Assembly: GCA_031411295.1 (NCBI GenBank)
Contig: JANOAV010000122.1
Coordinates: forward strand, 1-64,000
Length of the DNA: 64,000 nucleotides
Source of the DNA: Verrucomicrobiales bacterium
Lineage (GTDB): Bacteria; Verrucomicrobiota; Verrucomicrobiia; Verrucomicrobiales; V1-33
Direction of reading: 5' to 3'
Program-made: the position numbers and the translations under genes
In this document: piece after piece, positions 38,698-48,805 of the stretch
Position numbering within the stretch: the stretch's first letter is position 1
How the letters are laid out: each line of letters begins with the position of its first letter
The notes under the pieces: model-generated
What the model was told of the DNA's origin: nothing
Databases searched by the model: none
The model's input: only the letters and a program-made list of their open reading frames with translations

Positions 38698-39889
38698 ATG
38701 AAACCCCGTAAGCGTCGTTCTACCTCCCGTGTTCCCCGGGTTGCCCTGCTGGTGGAAACGACGCGAACCTATACCCGTGAATTGTTGGCGGGAGTGCGGC
38801 GGTATGTGGCCGCGCATGGTCCATGGTCCATGGTCCACGTTTTTGGAGCTACGTGCCTTGGATTCCTCCCCTCCGGCCTGGCTGCGTAATTGGGATGGCG
38901 ACGGAATTCTGACGCGGACCTTCACTCAAGAAATGGCTGATCTGATCGATGCCAGTGGGTTGCCGGCGGTCGAATTACGCGCTACTGGCTTGGGCGGATC
39001 CCGACCGTTTGTCGGCATGGACAATGCCCACATCGGGAGCGCGGTGGCGGAACATTTCTATGAACGCGGCTACCGGCAATTCGCCACCTATAGTTTACAG
39101 ACAGAGCAATTCTTTGTCGATCGAGTGCGGAATTTTGTCACTGCCGTGCAAGGCTACGGCTGTCGTTGTTATGAGCTGCCCGAGACGAACTCGGACAGTG
39201 TTTCCGATTGGGAACAGAGTCAGGCACGGTTGATCACGTGGTTGGCTCAGCTACCGAAACCGATCGGAATCTTCGCAGCCAACGATCAACTGGGCGTGCA
39301 CCTCCTGGCGGCCTGCCAGCGGGCGGGCGTAGCCGTGCCGGAGGAAGTAGCCGTGGTGGGTGCGGAGAATGAAGAAACCCTCTGCAGCTTCGCCACCCCG
39401 CCTCTCACGAGCGTTTGTTTCGACGGGCAGACCGTGGGCTATCAGGCGGCGGAATTGCTGGATCGACTCATGCTAGGGAAGTCGCCCCGTCGTCGGGAAA
39501 TTCTCGTGCCCCCCAAGGGAATCATGGTGCGAGCCTCTTCCGATGAGTTGGTCATCAATGACCCCTTGGTCGCCCAAGCGGCCCGTTTAATTCGGGAGAA
39601 CGTTCTCACCGGAATCAACGTCGATGATCTCTGCCGCAAGCTCAACGCCTCCCGCAGCACGCTGGACCGCCGCATGAGAGCCGCCGTGAATCGTTCGCCC
39701 AAGGAGGAAATCACGCGACTCCGTTTTCGCGAAGTTCAACGACTGCTGCGGGAAACGGATCTCACCATCGACCTCATAGCCGAACAAACCGGTTTCGCCC
39801 ACAGCCAGTATCTCCAAGCTGCCTATAAACAAACCTTCGGCCAAACTCCAGGCGCCTACCGTCGTGGACGCGCAGCAATAACATCCTAA
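38698..39889 (+). pseudogene. XylR-type regulator (LacI-like sensor + AraC HTH), frameshifted by an extra 7-bp repeat unit
   Basis: Frame A 'RVALLVETTRTYTRELLAGVRRY...HGPWS'; frame B 'HGPWSTF...WDGDGIL...LPKPIGIFAAND...VPEEVAVVG...FGQTPGAYR'. CATGGTC x3 at 38815-38835; removing one unit gives a 1185-nt open frame. Confidence 0.85.
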
Positions 39890-39936
39890 CTGTAGAGGGG
39901 GCGCCCTCGTCCCCAGGAATACCTCCTTGTTGAGTG

Positions 39937-40230
39937 ATTCCAAGTTGCGTTCAAGATGAGGTGATCCCGGAGGGATCTCAGAAATTAGCCGGGGGTTGAG
40001 CGATAGCGATACCCCCGGATAGAGGCCCAAAAGAATCGTATCCCGGCAGGGATGCCAGATCAGCAATATGAGAGGAAATGGCTTGGCACGATCCTATTTT
40101 GGCATCCCTGCCGGGATGCGGTCATTTCGTTGGGATACCGGGGGTATCGCTATCGCTCAACCCCCGGCTAATTTCTGTCAAGCCTCCGGCTTGCATCTGA
40201 TAAGATATCATCTTGAATGCAACTTAGAAT
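39937..40230. mobile_element. About 295-bp nested palindromic MITE/REP-like element
   Basis: Outer IR 39937-39959/40208-40230 (21/23); perfect 40-bp IR 39979-40018/40138-40177; perfect 18-bp IR 40040-40057/40100-40117; between convergent genes. Confidence 0.8.
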
Positions 40231-40274
40231 GAGCGGAAGCGCTCCCACGTCTCTTGCCACCGCGATAAATCGCG

Positions 40275-41459
40275 CTACGGCAGCGCCCGCAGATAGAAGT
40301 TAGCCAACTCGATGGGAGCGCTGGGAGCTGCGAATTCCAAACTCCAAGGAGCTTCCGGGTCGAGGGATCCAGTTTCATTGGTCATTTCCCCCACCTTCAC
40401 ATGAGAACTGCCGTGCTCCCTGGAAACCGTTAGTCGATGCCATCCCATGCGTTTTTCCGGCTTCGCGAGGCTTGCGAACAGATCCACCGTGATCGTATGA
40501 CCTTTGGGGTCTTTGATCTGGAGGCTGGGGGCTGCGGCATTATTGGTTTCCCGCCAGTCCATGGTGAGGACGAAGGCTGTTGGAGTGAGGTCCACGGAGA
40601 TAATATCTTCTGCGGTGGGTTTTTCTGGCCGCCGGAGGCTCCAACCGCCTGCGCGCCAGCCAGTCTCCTTGTCCTTGGCTGACTTCCATCCACGCAGGTC
40701 CACCCCAGTAAATAATGACTTCCAGTTCTGATCTTCCGGAGCCGTTTGGTCTGCGGTGGCTCCACTAGGTGGCAGTTCTTTGAGGCGCAGATTTTTCCAT
40801 TCCGTCGGGCTGCCCTCGCTTTCCAACCCCAAGTATCCTTTGCGCCACACGCAGTCGTCGCCCCCGGAGACTTCCTTACCATTCACGGAGAGGCGGAGTT
40901 TCCCCGCATTGGCCTCGATGCGATAATGATTCCATTCAGGGGCGGAGTGGCTGCGCTCCTCGATAGGGAAGCACCGCATCCCATTGCCCTTGTGAATCGG
41001 CTTCATGGTCGAGCCATGGATGGGAAACACATCGCCATGGGTCGTGAACCATTCGTTATTACCTTTGGCCACGTCCGCATAACCGTTGTCCAGCACCTGG
41101 ACTTCGATGGCCCGCAGGAACGGCACCCCGGGAGCCGCCACGGGCGATCCCCACACGAAGATCCCGGCATTACCGCCCTTTTTCAGATGACGCCAATCCA
41201 CCTCGAAGATGAAATTTTCCACCTGCCGCGTCATGCGCAATGCTCCGGTCGGCTCACCCGTGCAGGTAATGATCCCATTGGCCACCGCCCAAGTTTCCGG
41301 GGCGCAATTCACATTCACCCAGCCCGTCAGGTCCTTACCATTAAAGAGATCCACGAAACCTTCCTCCTCGGCTGCGGCCGCTGCGGCGGGCAGCGCAGAC
41401 ATTGTCAGGGCGACACAAGCAAAATTAACTCGAAGGACTGATGCGGTAGGAAATTTCAT
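40275..41459 (-). CDS. DUF1080 (3-keto-disaccharide hydrolase-like) protein with a degenerate second domain
   Basis: 'GFVDLFNGKDLTGW', 'GNAGIF', 'IEVQVLD', 'EWNHYRI', 'GYLGLESEG...WKNLRLKEL'; second 'SLFTGVDLRGWK'. Confidence 0.9.
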   Translation of the reverse strand: MKFPTASVLRVNFACVALTMSALPAAAAAAEEEGFVDLFNGKDLTGWVNVNCAPETWAVANGIITCTGEPTGALRMTRQVENFIFEVDWRHLKKGGNAGIFVWGSPVAAPGVPFLRAIEVQVLDNGYADVAKGNNEWFTTHGDVFPIHGSTMKPIHKGNGMRCFPIEERSHSAPEWNHYRIEANAGKLRLSVNGKEVSGGDDCVWRKGYLGLESEGSPTEWKNLRLKELPPSGATADQTAPEDQNWKSLFTGVDLRGWKSAKDKETGWRAGGWSLRRPEKPTAEDIISVDLTPTAFVLTMDWRETNNAAAPSLQIKDPKGHTITVDLFASLAKPEKRMGWHRLTVSREHGSSHVKVGEMTNETGSLDPEAPWSLEFAAPSAPIELANFYLRALP

Positions 41460-41592
41460 AGACTGGTAGGATATTCGCTCGCGGTAGTGCCCGCAAGACA
41501 AACTCCATCCCGACTTCGCGCAGCCACTTTTTCCGCCGCCTCCCTCATCAGAGGGACTTGCCAGATCCCTCGAAACCACCTAAACACAGCCC

Positions 41593-43641
41593 ATGCCGAA
41601 AATATTACGAATTCTCCTCTGGACCGCCATCTCCGTGCTGGGTGCGGGCGCCGTGGCCGTTAGTGCTTTGCAACGCAATGAACCGCTCAACGCGCTATGG
41701 TTGGTCATTGCTGGCGTGTGCACGTTTGCCGTCTCGTATCGTTTTTACAGCGCATGGCTCATGGCCAAGGTGCTGACGCTGGATGATCAACGCGCCACCC
41801 CTGCGCTCACCAAAGCGGACGGCAAGGACTTCGTGCCGACGCACAAGTGGGTGGCATTTGGCCACCACTTTGCGGCCATTGCCGGCCCAGGACCGCTGGT
41901 GGGACCAGTGCTGGCGGCTCAATTCGGTTACCTTCCGGGCACCTTGTGGATTCTGATTGGGGCTACCTTGGGTGGTGGCGTGCATGATGCCGTCGTGCTC
42001 TTCGCCTCCATGCGGCGGGATGGGAAATCGCTTGGGCAAATGCTCAAGGAAGAATTGAATCCGGTGATCGGGTTGATCGCCATGGTTTGTCTGCTGGGCA
42101 TTATGACGATCCTGTTGGCGGTGTTGGGTTTGGTGGTTGTAAAGGCCTTATCCGAGAGCCCGTGGGGCTTGTTTACCATCGCCATGACGATGCCGTTGGC
42201 CATGATCATGGGTATAGCGCTGAAGACTGGTAAATTCGGCGTTGGCCCAGTCTCGGCGTTCGGGGTCATCGGATTGCTGGTCTGCGTGTGGGGTGGGAGC
42301 ATGCTACCAGAAGGCGTGCGTCATGCACTCACATGGGACTCGCCCAGCCTCGCTTGGGCGATCATGATTTACGGCTTTGCCGCTTCGGTGCTGCCCGTTT
42401 GGCTGCTGTTGGCCCCGCGGGACTATCTCAGCACGTTTATGAAACTGGGCACAGTGGCCATTCTGGGCATCTTCATTGTCTTCATCAATCCTCCGCTCCG
42501 CATGCCTGCGTTGACCCAATTTATTCATGGCGGTGGCTGGGTGGTGCCGGGACCGGTATTTCCCTTTGTGTGCATTACAATTGCCTGTGGAGCCATCTCA
42601 GGGTTCCATTCGCTGATCTCCAGCGGCACCACGCCGAAGTTACTGAAAGGCGAACGCGACATCCGCCTCGTGGGCTATGGCAGTATGGTCACGGAAATGC
42701 TGGTTGCGCTGATGGCGATCATTGCGGCGTGCGCCTTGGAACCAGGACAATATTTTGCTATCAACACACCGATCGATCCCACCGATGCCGCCAGCATTCC
42801 GGCTGCGATTGCGAAGATCAACAACGCTGGATTTGCTGTCACGGCCGAAGAAATGAAGACGCTTGCCACCGATCTGGGGGAGATCAACATGATCGGCAAG
42901 ACCGGTGGCGCACCAACATTTGCCGTCGGTATGGCCCACATGTTCGCCAAGGTCATTCCCACGAAGTCCGCCCTCGCGCTGTGGTATCATTTCGCGATCA
43001 TGTTCGAGGCGTTGTTCATTCTGACCACGTTGGATGCCGGCACCCGCGTGGGGCGCTTCATCCTTCAGGACTTGCTAGGCTACATCAGTCCGAAATTACA
43101 GAACACCCAGTCCTGGGGCGCCAACGTGCTCGCGAGCGGCTTGCTCGTTAGTGCTTGGGGCTACTTCCTCTACCAAGGGGCGATCGATCCGGCGGGGATT
43201 GCCAAAAGTCTCTGGCCGTTGTTTGGCATAGCCAATCAATTGCTGGCGGTCATTGCCTTCGCGTTAGGAACGACCATCCTGATTAAAATGGGACGGGCGC
43301 GCTATTGCTGGACCACCTTGGTGCCGATGTGTTATCTGGTAGCCGTAACGTTCACCGCCGGTCTCATGAAAATTTTCTCCGCCAATGCCGCTGGCTTCCT
43401 GCCGGACATCGAGAAAACGAAACTAGCCCTGAGCACAGCAACGGATCCGAAGGTGATTTCCAAACTAAACGTCAGCCTCACGAACGCCTACGTGGACATC
43501 GGCGTGACCACCTTCTTCCTTTGCGGGGTGGCCATCATTGTGGGTGGATGTATCTACGAATGGACCCGCTTGCTCCGCGGGCGGAAGGTCATCGTCTTGC
43601 GAGAGTCGGTCTACGTCTCGATCATTGAGGTGTCGCGCTGA
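41593..43641 (+). CDS. cstA: Carbon starvation protein A family transporter (CstA/BtsT)
   Basis: 'FGHHFAAIAGPGPLVGPVLAAQFGYLPG', 'LPVWLLLAPRDYLS', 'IACGAISGFH', 'FEALFILTTLDAGTR', 'LWPLFGIANQLLA'. Confidence 0.93.
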   Translation: MPKILRILLWTAISVLGAGAVAVSALQRNEPLNALWLVIAGVCTFAVSYRFYSAWLMAKVLTLDDQRATPALTKADGKDFVPTHKWVAFGHHFAAIAGPGPLVGPVLAAQFGYLPGTLWILIGATLGGGVHDAVVLFASMRRDGKSLGQMLKEELNPVIGLIAMVCLLGIMTILLAVLGLVVVKALSESPWGLFTIAMTMPLAMIMGIALKTGKFGVGPVSAFGVIGLLVCVWGGSMLPEGVRHALTWDSPSLAWAIMIYGFAASVLPVWLLLAPRDYLSTFMKLGTVAILGIFIVFINPPLRMPALTQFIHGGGWVVPGPVFPFVCITIACGAISGFHSLISSGTTPKLLKGERDIRLVGYGSMVTEMLVALMAIIAACALEPGQYFAINTPIDPTDAASIPAAIAKINNAGFAVTAEEMKTLATDLGEINMIGKTGGAPTFAVGMAHMFAKVIPTKSALALWYHFAIMFEALFILTTLDAGTRVGRFILQDLLGYISPKLQNTQSWGANVLASGLLVSAWGYFLYQGAIDPAGIAKSLWPLFGIANQLLAVIAFALGTTILIKMGRARYCWTTLVPMCYLVAVTFTAGLMKIFSANAAGFLPDIEKTKLALSTATDPKVISKLNVSLTNAYVDIGVTTFFLCGVAIIVGGCIYEWTRLLRGRKVIVLRESVYVSIIEVSR

Positions 43642-43642
43642 T

Positions 43643-44521
43643 ATGGAAATTTCCTCCGCTTGGCAAGCGCTGTTGCAGTCCGTTTCCCGGTCGTTCTATC
43701 TCAGCCTACGGTTTCTTCCTGCAGCGGTGCGGGGAGAATTATCGGTGGCTTACCTGCTGGCACGGGCCTCGGATAGCATTGCGGATTCAGCTTCTGTGGC
43801 TGCTTCCGGGCGCTTGGCGCTACTGGAGCAGTTCTCCGTCGCCATGACTGCACCAGCACCAGAGGGATTCTTCAGCAGCGTTGGCCGCTTGCAGGTGGAT
43901 CACGCCGGGGAGCAAATTTTGCTGCAACGATTAGCCGAATGTTTTGCGCAATACGAGAAGGTGGATGCGCCAGCTCGGAGGTTGATCCAAGCCGTGCTCG
44001 GTCACATTCTGCACGGCCAGAAATTGGATCTGCAACGTTTCCCTGGCAGCCTGCAAACTCCCGCCGAATTGACAGAATACACCTATCTCGTGGCTGGTTG
44101 CGTGGGGGAATTCTGGACGGGAATGCTGGCGCTGCGGATCCCGAAGTGGGCGACACTTCCAAGCGACGAAATGCTGCGCCTGGGCCGGGAATACGGTCAG
44201 GGATTGCAACTGGTGAACATCCTGCGCGACCTCCCGGGCGATCTCGCAGACGGTCGCAGTTATCTGCCGGGCGAGAACGACTTGCTAGCGAAACGAAATT
44301 TCTGGGCGCAGCAGGCGCGCACTTGGCTGGCTAGTGGCGAAAGCTATGCCGCCCACCTCAATGGCTGGCGCTTGCGCTTCACTGCGGACCTCCCCTGGCG
44401 CTTGGGTCTCGCCACGTTGAATGCCCTGCCGCCCACGGAAATTGCCACCGTGAAGATTTCACGCAAGGCCGTGCGCAAACTCATGTTCACCAGCGCCTGG
44501 CGCGCCTTGTCCGGCCACTAA
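43643..44521 (+). CDS. Squalene/phytoene synthase family protein
   Basis: 'VSRSFYLSLRFLP', 'YLLARASDSIAD', 'YTYLVAGCVGEFW', 'GQGLQLVNILRDLPGDLADGRSYLP'. Confidence 0.88.
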   Translation: MEISSAWQALLQSVSRSFYLSLRFLPAAVRGELSVAYLLARASDSIADSASVAASGRLALLEQFSVAMTAPAPEGFFSSVGRLQVDHAGEQILLQRLAECFAQYEKVDAPARRLIQAVLGHILHGQKLDLQRFPGSLQTPAELTEYTYLVAGCVGEFWTGMLALRIPKWATLPSDEMLRLGREYGQGLQLVNILRDLPGDLADGRSYLPGENDLLAKRNFWAQQARTWLASGESYAAHLNGWRLRFTADLPWRLGLATLNALPPTEIATVKISRKAVRKLMFTSAWRALSGH

Positions 44522-44688
44522 AAAGTGGTGCAGGTTTTGCCCCCACGGGCTGACGGGCAAGTTCAGGTGAAATGCAGTGGCGGATAACTCCATCGTCATC
44601 CCAGTCAATCCGGCAAATCCCCCCGATTGACAAGGTCCAGAGTAATGGCCCCCAGCGATTCGACCCCAATTTCCATCTTTTCCGCCTC

Positions 44689-44716
44689 TTGACTCCCTGC
44701 CACACCCGCATAGATT
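44689..44716 (+). promoter_or_regulatory. Possible sigma-70 promoter of ppdK
   Basis: TTGACT-N16-TAGATT about 135 bp upstream of the ATG. Confidence 0.35.
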
Positions 44717-44849
44717 CCGGCCCTTCCCGCACAAGGCGCGGTCACGACCGCCTGCTCCTAACATTTCGCCAAGAGCCCCGCCTCCCCCGAGCCCTGCGCA
44801 CGTTTTTTACCAAACATAAACCCCGTCACATCGACACCTAAAATCCAAC

Positions 44850-47660
44850 ATGGCATCTAAAACCAAACCCGCTAAGCCAGCCAAAGCCGCCGGCAAATCC
44901 ACCAAATTCGTTTACACTTGGGGTGACGGCAAAGCTGACGGCAACGGCAGCATGAAAGCCCTCCTCGGTGGCAAAGGCGCCAACCTCGCTGAAATGAGCC
45001 GCATCGGCCTCCCAGTGCCTCCTGGATTCACCGCCACCACCGAAGTATGCACTTACTTCTACGCCAATAAGAAGACCTATCCAGCTGTGCTCCAAAGCCA
45101 AATGGAAGCTGGTGTGAAGAACATGGAAAAGATCATGGGCTGCAAATTTGGCGATACCAAAGGCATGCCCCTCCTCGTGGCCGTGCGCTCCGGTGCCCGT
45201 GATTCCATGCCTGGCATGATGGACACCATTTTGAATCTCGGCCTCAATGACGAGACCGTGAAGTCCCTGGCCGCCGCCACCAAGAACGAGCGTTTCGCTT
45301 GGGATTGCTACCGCCGCTTCATCCAAATGTATGGCGATGTCGTCCTCGGCGTGCAAAAGACCGAAGGTGAAGACCACGAGCCATTTGAAGTCGTGATCGA
45401 AGAATTCAAACACGCCAAGTATAGCGACAAGCACATCGTCGATTCCGATCTGACCGCTGAAGACCAAGCTGAATTGGTGAAGCGTTTCAAGGCCCTCGTG
45501 AAAAAGCGCACCGGTCACGTGTTCCCCACGGATCCTTGGGAGCAACTCCGTGGCGCTGCTGGCGCGGTGTTCGGCAGCTGGATGAACGATCGCGCGATCG
45601 TTTATCGTCGTAAATACAATATCCCAACCGAGTGGGGCACCGCCGTGAACGTGCAGGCCATGGTCTATGGCAACACGGGCGATGATTCCGGTTCCGGCGT
45701 GGCCTTCACGCGGAATCCTGCCAACGGTGTGAACGAGTTCTACGGTGAATTCCTGATCAATGCCCAAGGCGAAGACGTCGTCGCTGGCGTGCGCACCCCA
45801 GAGCCTGTTTCCAAGCTCAAGGCCGCCATGCCAAAGCCATTTGCCGAACTGATGAAAGTTCGCGCCACGTTGGAGAAACATTTCAAAGACGTGCAAGACG
45901 TCGAGTTCACCGTGCAACAAGGCAAACTCTTCATGTTGCAAACCCGTAACGGCAAACGCACCGCCGCTGCTGCTCTGAAGTTTGCCTCTGACATGGTCAA
46001 AGAAAAACTCATCGACTGGGAAACCGCCGTGCTGCGCAATCCAGCTGATCAGCTCGAGCAACTTCTGGCTCCTGACTTCGATCTCAACGAGATCAAGAAA
46101 GCCAAGATCCTCGCCACGGGCCTCCCAGCAGGTCCTGGTGCTGCTTCCGGCATCATCTACCTCAACGCTGACCGCGCTGCCGCCGCCGCCGAGAAAGGCC
46201 AAAACGTCCTCCTCGTCCGCAACGAAACTTCCCCTGAAGACCTCCGCGGCATGATCGCAGCGGTCGGCATTCTCACTGCCAAGGGCGGTGTGTCCAGCCA
46301 CGCAGCGCTCGTCGCTCGTCAGATGGGTAAGGTTTGTATCTGTGGCGCCAGTGCCGTGGATATCGACTACGACAAGAAGACCGTGAAGATCGCAGGCCAA
46401 ACCTTCCATGAAGGCAAAGACTTCCTCAGCATCGACGGCACCGCCGGCACGATCTATGGTGGTCAAGTCAAGACCGGCCCATCCTCCATCGTGATGGGTC
46501 TGCTCCATGGCGACAAAGCCGCGCAGAAGACGGAGAAATTTGCCGCCTTCAAGCAACTCATGGACTGGTGTTCCAAGGCCACCCGTATGGCCGTTCGCAC
46601 CAACGCCGACAACCCAGAGCAAACCGAACAAGCCATCGCATTCGGAGCCCAAGGCATCGGCCTGACCCGCACGGAGCACATGTTCTTCGAAGGTGATCGC
46701 ATTGATGCCGTTCGGGAAATGATTCTCGCTGAAAGCGTGGAAGCCCGCAAAGCCGCCCTGGCCAAGCTCCTCCCCTACCAGCGCGAAGATTTCACTGGCA
46801 TCTTCAAAGCCCTCAAAGGCTTGCCAGCCACCATCCGTCTGCTCGACCCACCACTCCACGAATTCGTGCCGCATGAAGCCAAAGCGCAGGCCGATCTCGC
46901 CAAGAAAATGGGTGTCACCGCCGCCAAGGTTGCCCACCGCGTGGAACAACTCCACGAGTTCAACCCCATGCTCGGACACCGTGGATGCCGCTTAGGTATC
47001 GCCTACCCAGAGATCACCGAAATGCAGGCTCGCGCCATCTTCGAAGCCGCCGCTGATGTGGCCAAGAAGAAGATCAAGGTGAAGCCAGAAGTCATGATCC
47101 CGCTCGTCGGCTTCAAGAAAGAGTTCGACCTCCAGGCCGAAATCGTTCACCGCGTCGCCAAGGAAGTCATGAAGGAGAAGAAGGTCACCTTCGATTACCA
47201 AGTCGGAACCATGATTGAAGTCCCGCGTGGCGCCCTGACCGCTGATGAAATCGCGCAAAACGCCGAGTTCTTCAGCTTCGGCACCAACGACCTGACCCAG
47301 ACCGCCCTCGGCATCAGCCGGGACGACATGGGCAGCTTCCTCATGCCTTACGTCGAGAACGAAGTGTTCAAGAAGAACCCCTTCGCCACCCTCGACACCG
47401 TGGGCGTCGGCCAACTCATGCAAACCGCCGTCACCAAAGGCCGCAGCGTCCGCCCAGACATCAAGCTCGGCATCTGCGGAGAACACGGTGGTGACCCAGA
47501 CAGCGTTAAGTTCTGTCACAAGCTGGGCCTCGCCTACGTGAGCTGCTCCCCATACCGCGTGCCAGTAGCACGTCTGGCCGCAGCCCAAGCCGCCATCGAA
47601 GAGAAGCGCTCCGCTCCAGCAGCCAAGGCTGCTCCTGCGAAGAAGGCTAAGAAGAAGTAA
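44850..47660 (+). CDS. ppdK: Pyruvate, phosphate dikinase
   Basis: '[12 protein letters not shown]', 'SMPGMMDT', '[12 protein letters not shown]' (phospho-His), 'LLDPPLHEF', '[11 protein letters not shown]', 'GICGEHGG'; strong codon bias. Confidence 0.98.
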   Translation: MASKTKPAKPAKAAGKSTKFVYTWGDGKADGNGSMKALLGGKGANLAEMSRIGLPVPPGFTATTEVCTYFYANKKTYPAVLQSQMEAGVKNMEKIMGCKFGDTKGMPLLVAVRSGARDSMPGMMDTILNLGLNDETVKSLAAATKNERFAWDCYRRFIQMYGDVVLGVQKTEGEDHEPFEVVIEEFKHAKYSDKHIVDSDLTAEDQAELVKRFKALVKKRTGHVFPTDPWEQLRGAAGAVFGSWMNDRAIVYRRKYNIPTEWGTAVNVQAMVYGNTGDDSGSGVAFTRNPANGVNEFYGEFLINAQGEDVVAGVRTPEPVSKLKAAMPKPFAELMKVRATLEKHFKDVQDVEFTVQQGKLFMLQTRNGKRTAAAALKFASDMVKEKLIDWETAVLRNPADQLEQLLAPDFDLNEIKKAKILATGLPAGPGAASGIIYLNADRAAAAAEKGQNVLLVRNETSPEDLRGMIAAVGILTAKGGVSSHAALVARQMGKVCICGASAVDIDYDKKTVKIAGQTFHEGKDFLSIDGTAGTIYGGQVKTGPSSIVMGLLHGDKAAQKTEKFAAFKQLMDWCSKATRMAVRTNADNPEQTEQAIAFGAQGIGLTRTEHMFFEGDRIDAVREMILAESVEARKAALAKLLPYQREDFTGIFKALKGLPATIRLLDPPLHEFVPHEAKAQADLAKKMGVTAAKVAHRVEQLHEFNPMLGHRGCRLGIAYPEITEMQARAIFEAAADVAKKKIKVKPEVMIPLVGFKKEFDLQAEIVHRVAKEVMKEKKVTFDYQVGTMIEVPRGALTADEIAQNAEFFSFGTNDLTQTALGISRDDMGSFLMPYVENEVFKKNPFATLDTVGVGQLMQTAVTKGRSVRPDIKLGICGEHGGDPDSVKFCHKLGLAYVSCSPYRVPVARLAAAQAAIEEKRSAPAAKAAPAKKAKKK

Positions 47661-47678
47661 TTCATCAAAACCACACCT

Positions 47679-47706
47679 AAAGCCGCCGGGGAAACCCGGC
47701 GGCTTT
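47679..47706 (+). terminator. Intrinsic terminator of ppdK
   Basis: AAAGCCGCCGGG-GAAA-CCCGGCGGCTTT, perfect 12-bp stem with GNRA loop. Confidence 0.9.
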
Positions 47707-47711
47707 CTATT

Positions 47712-48435
47712 ATGATTCCAATCGCAAATTGCTCCCTTACTAGAGGGATTGCGGATAACACTGAAGTGCTGATCCCTGCGGAGTTGAGTTGGATTTCCGA
47801 TCCGAGAGATTGGCTTTTCGCTGACGAATGGGAAGAAGCAGCAAAAGGGACTGCTGACCCGAAAAAAATCGACTCTGTCGAATTCGCAAAAATTGCTGAA
47901 GGCAGATGGAATTATTTGCGGCAACGCAAGGAATGCGCCTTGAGCTGGGAGGATGGTAAATCTCGATCACGTGAACACCCAAAAAGTGAGTATGGATTTG
48001 GAATCGCATTAAGAATGAGTGACGGACGCTGGAAACGAACGGTGGGATTTATTCATGTGCGGCGGCTTTGGAGTGGAAATTTTTGCCTTGAGTTTCTGGG
48101 AACTTTTGCACCACCAGGGATCAAACACATAGGTTTTACTCTGCTCACTTCGCTTGGCGGGCTAGCCGAAAAAAGCAAGGTAGGCGAGGTTTGGGGGGGA
48201 ATGCACAGAAGACTCGAAGGGCTTTTACCAGAACTTCAAAACCAAACTGATGATCGCGAGCTTGGAAGATTGCTTAGTTCGCAAGGAATTCCCCCTGAAG
48301 GGATGGCAACTTCCTGGGGCGATACTCGACAGGTTTGTGTTCGGTCAACAGGAACTCAAGGCGATGAGTTCAGCTTTTGATGCCTGGCAAAATGACGTTG
48401 ACCGGCAAACAGCAAAGCGTAATAATGAGACATGA
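47712..48435 (+). pseudogene. GNAT-acetyltransferase-like protein, frameshifted at a G7 run (48193-48199)
   Basis: Removing one G joins '...FCLEFLGT...IKHIGFTLL...GEVW' to 'GECTEDSKGFYQ...KRNNET*', giving GNAT-like motif A/B spacing; the repaired stop overlaps the next ATG (ATGA 48432-48435). Confidence 0.55.
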
Positions 48436-48632
48436 CAAAGAATCAGAAAATTAATCTAGCCAAAAGTCTAATGGCTATCGAACTCACTGCCACTCCCGTG
48501 ACAGGATCGCGCACATCAATGCGGGCACAGTCTAGAGTAACTCCACAAAGGAAATCTGTGACTTTTACCGCAAGCCAGAAGCAGAAGCTTCGGACATTCT
48601 ACAATAGTCCCTCTGTCGCCAAGCCGACTTAA
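48432..48632 (+). CDS. Small basic hypothetical protein (66 aa), translationally coupled to the GNAT-like gene
   Basis: ATGA overlap; no recognisable motif. Confidence 0.4.
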   Translation: MTKNQKINLAKSLMAIELTATPVTGSRTSMRAQSRVTPQRKSVTFTASQKQKLRTFYNSPSVAKPT

Positions 48633-48805
48633 GCTCCAGACGCCCTAGCACCCACATGGCCAGCGTTTTAGCGCGTGTCTCCGCCCTGCTCGATGAACTA
48701 CCCTTCCCGGATGACAAAAAGCAAGTCCTCAAACTCGCCCGTAGCATTATGCTGCCTCTAAATCAATAGCAAGACCTGCTGGTTGCCAAGTAAAGTGGAG
48801 GTGTT

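Noticed and set aside
44838..47924. Long antisense ORFs (713 aa and 310 aa) opposite ppdK
   Set aside because: Shadow frames caused by strong codon bias in a highly expressed gene; no independent motifs.
48656..48769. 37-codon ORF MASVLARVSALLDELPFPDDKKQVLKLARSIMLPLNQ
   Set aside because: Protein-like but too short, with no clear RBS; may be a gene remnant.
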